From: Chiloscyllium plagiosum
Taxonomy: Eukaryota
Direction of reading: 5' to 3'
Assembly: GCF_004010195.1 (NCBI RefSeq)
Contig: NC_057718.1
Location: 42,422,901-42,486,900, forward strand
Length of the DNA stretch: 64,000 nt
Shown: in pieces, positions 62,013 to 64,000 of the stretch
Position numbering within the stretch: the first letter of the stretch is position 1
Layout of the letters: each line of letters opens with the position of its first letter
Notes under the pieces: model-generated
The model's input: only the letters and a program-made list of their open reading frames with translations
What the model was told of the DNA's origin: nothing
The model's database searches: none
Made by a program: the position numbers and the translations under genes

Positions 62013-64000
62013 AAATTTGCAATAGTTAATTTTTAATTTTTTCAATTATTTTCTATTTAATATATCTATTTAGGAGTTAATAACTAACATTCAAGTTTTG
62101 ATAACCAAATCAGTAATAATTGATACATTGTCTTAAACTGAAAGACAGTAATACTGTTGAACAGTTCTAGTTCATAATTTGCCAATGGTAATATCCAAAC
62201 TAGTTCTGTTTGTCTACATTGGGTTAATTTGCTTGTTTGATCATTCTTCAAAATAACATTTAAACATATTTTTAAAGGCATAAATTATTTGTAGATCTTT
62301 TACTGAAAAGAAATGCATTTTATCAAAGCTTTTCATCTTGCGCTCATCAAGACAATTTGCAAGAATACAAATTTAAGGGGTAAACCAACCTTTATGTTGC
62401 ATGAAAACATGAGTGCTGATTGGTTGGCAGGTCAACTCTGCTAGAGGAATTGTCGTGGAGGATACACCCATTAATGTTGATTTGACCGTTAACTGCAAGC
62501 TATGATGTCAACAATGAGTCTTGGATTCAACTAGATACGAAGACTTCATATGTGATGTAATTGTAAAATATCAACAATGCAATGAAAATCCCCAATTCAG
62601 CATAATATAACACACTAACTCGAGATTATAAGAAATGGAAAAAATTCGATAGGTGTAGCTCATAATGTCCTGAGGTTGTCATTAAAACTCGTCTTTGGGA
62701 AAGTACAAAGCCAGCTTCGTTATACATATAAATACCATATAAACTTATACCTTAAGCAACATAAAATTCTGATTAAATCAGGTAAATTGACTCTGATTAG
62801 TCATGCCATTGTGGTGAGAAATGAATCAGAGTGGCTATCACCTGTTTTGTTGAGTTAAAGCAGGCTCAACGTGAGTACCTGCTCTTACTGTCTGCATATA
62901 AAGTCTATTTACCAGTCTTTGAGATGTGCAGTCAATATCCTTGATATTACCCTGTCACTGAATTTCATATATCCTGTTACCCATTTGAATTACAGGTGGA
63001 ATGTCTTTTTGGCTTGACAGTACTATTCTTTTACTGGACAGTAGGAACTTGAAATGGCTAGTTTCACCTGTTGTCCAAATATTTGTAATTTATTAACCTT
63101 CCACTGTAATATAAAGCAGATGATTTTTGAGGCTAAGAGTGGCCACCTTAGTACTTTTTAGGATAAGATGTTTCCCTTGTACCAAGCAAAGTACTAAGCA
63201 CACCCAACCAGCCCATGCTTGCGCAACTTGCAATGCAGGGCCCAATTCTGCAATCAGACAGTTTTTGCTGGATAATTCTGAATCTGTGTGTGAGGAATTA
63301 TGCTGATAATCAATTTTAAGATTGTCAGTCAAACTCGCAATGTGATACCTTTGGATGCACTTAAAGTGACCCATATTAATACACAGGACCCAGAACATTA
63401 ACTTTTCTTTCTCTCCACATGCTTCCAGACCCTAATGAGTTTTTCCAGCATTTTCTGTTTTTCTTTGTGTTTGTACATGTGGTGTGTCTCTTTCAGCTTG
63501 TTCATTTGAGAATCATGCCCGGTATTATCAAGAGTCAACATGCCTGATTTAAATTTTAAACAAACCTTGTCAGTTAACAATCAATTGCATTAACGGGTGC
63601 ATTTTTCCTGGCATTGCCTCGAGCAGTCAGCACTCCTGACATGCACTGTTGCTTTCCCTTGAATTGGCATTCTTGTGAATTGTCCTGATGAGTGAAAAAT
63701 GAAAAAGTAAAATGAAAAAAAAAACTCAAGTTTTGTACTACCAAACAGGTACTTGTCTAACTCTCTAAAAGTTTAATTTACTATTCTAATGCTGTAGTTG
63801 TGTAGCTATTTCCAAACATCATATAAATTTTGACCTTAAGCAATATTAAGTTCTGATGTGGGATTCAAAACTTCACTGATTTTTATGATATGGAACATGT
63901 AGAACAGCTTACAGCTAATTAATGAGTGACCTTACGCTTGGGTTGTTGCCTTCAAGGCATGCTTCCACCTAGTTTAGTTTTTATGCACTTTCTTTAGTAA

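Noticed and set aside
54472..64000. GPATCH2 exon 4 (GDDEQSDWFYE…)
   Set aside because: No matching coding sequence found by eye; it probably lies beyond the window.

Overview
Eukaryotic, repeat-rich vertebrate genomic DNA, most likely from a shark (inferred from HE1-type SINEs and shark-type CR1 and Penelope repeats). Two genes are transcribed divergently from a CpG-rich promoter at about 30.4-30.8 kb. SPATA17 is on the minus strand (coding exons 1-4 found; the gene continues left of the window). GPATCH2 is on the plus strand (coding exons 1-3 found; the gene continues right of the window). All seven exons have GT-AG boundaries and compatible phases. The introns contain CR1 LINEs, HE1 and other tRNA-derived SINEs, a decayed Gypsy LTR retrotransposon, probable solo LTRs and several Penelope-like element (PLE) families. 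Three signals stand out. (1) Minimal type-I hammerhead ribozyme motifs occur in at least three PLE families, with one copy at 61.9 kb apparently intact. (2) Head-to-head PLE fold-back insertions are bounded by 12-19 bp target-site duplications (TSDs). (3) Five 5'-truncated Tx1-like LINE tails are stacked at one target sequence that appears to lie in a Gypsy LTR promoter. Family names come from recognising motifs by eye, not from database searches. I cannot establish that any of this is new.
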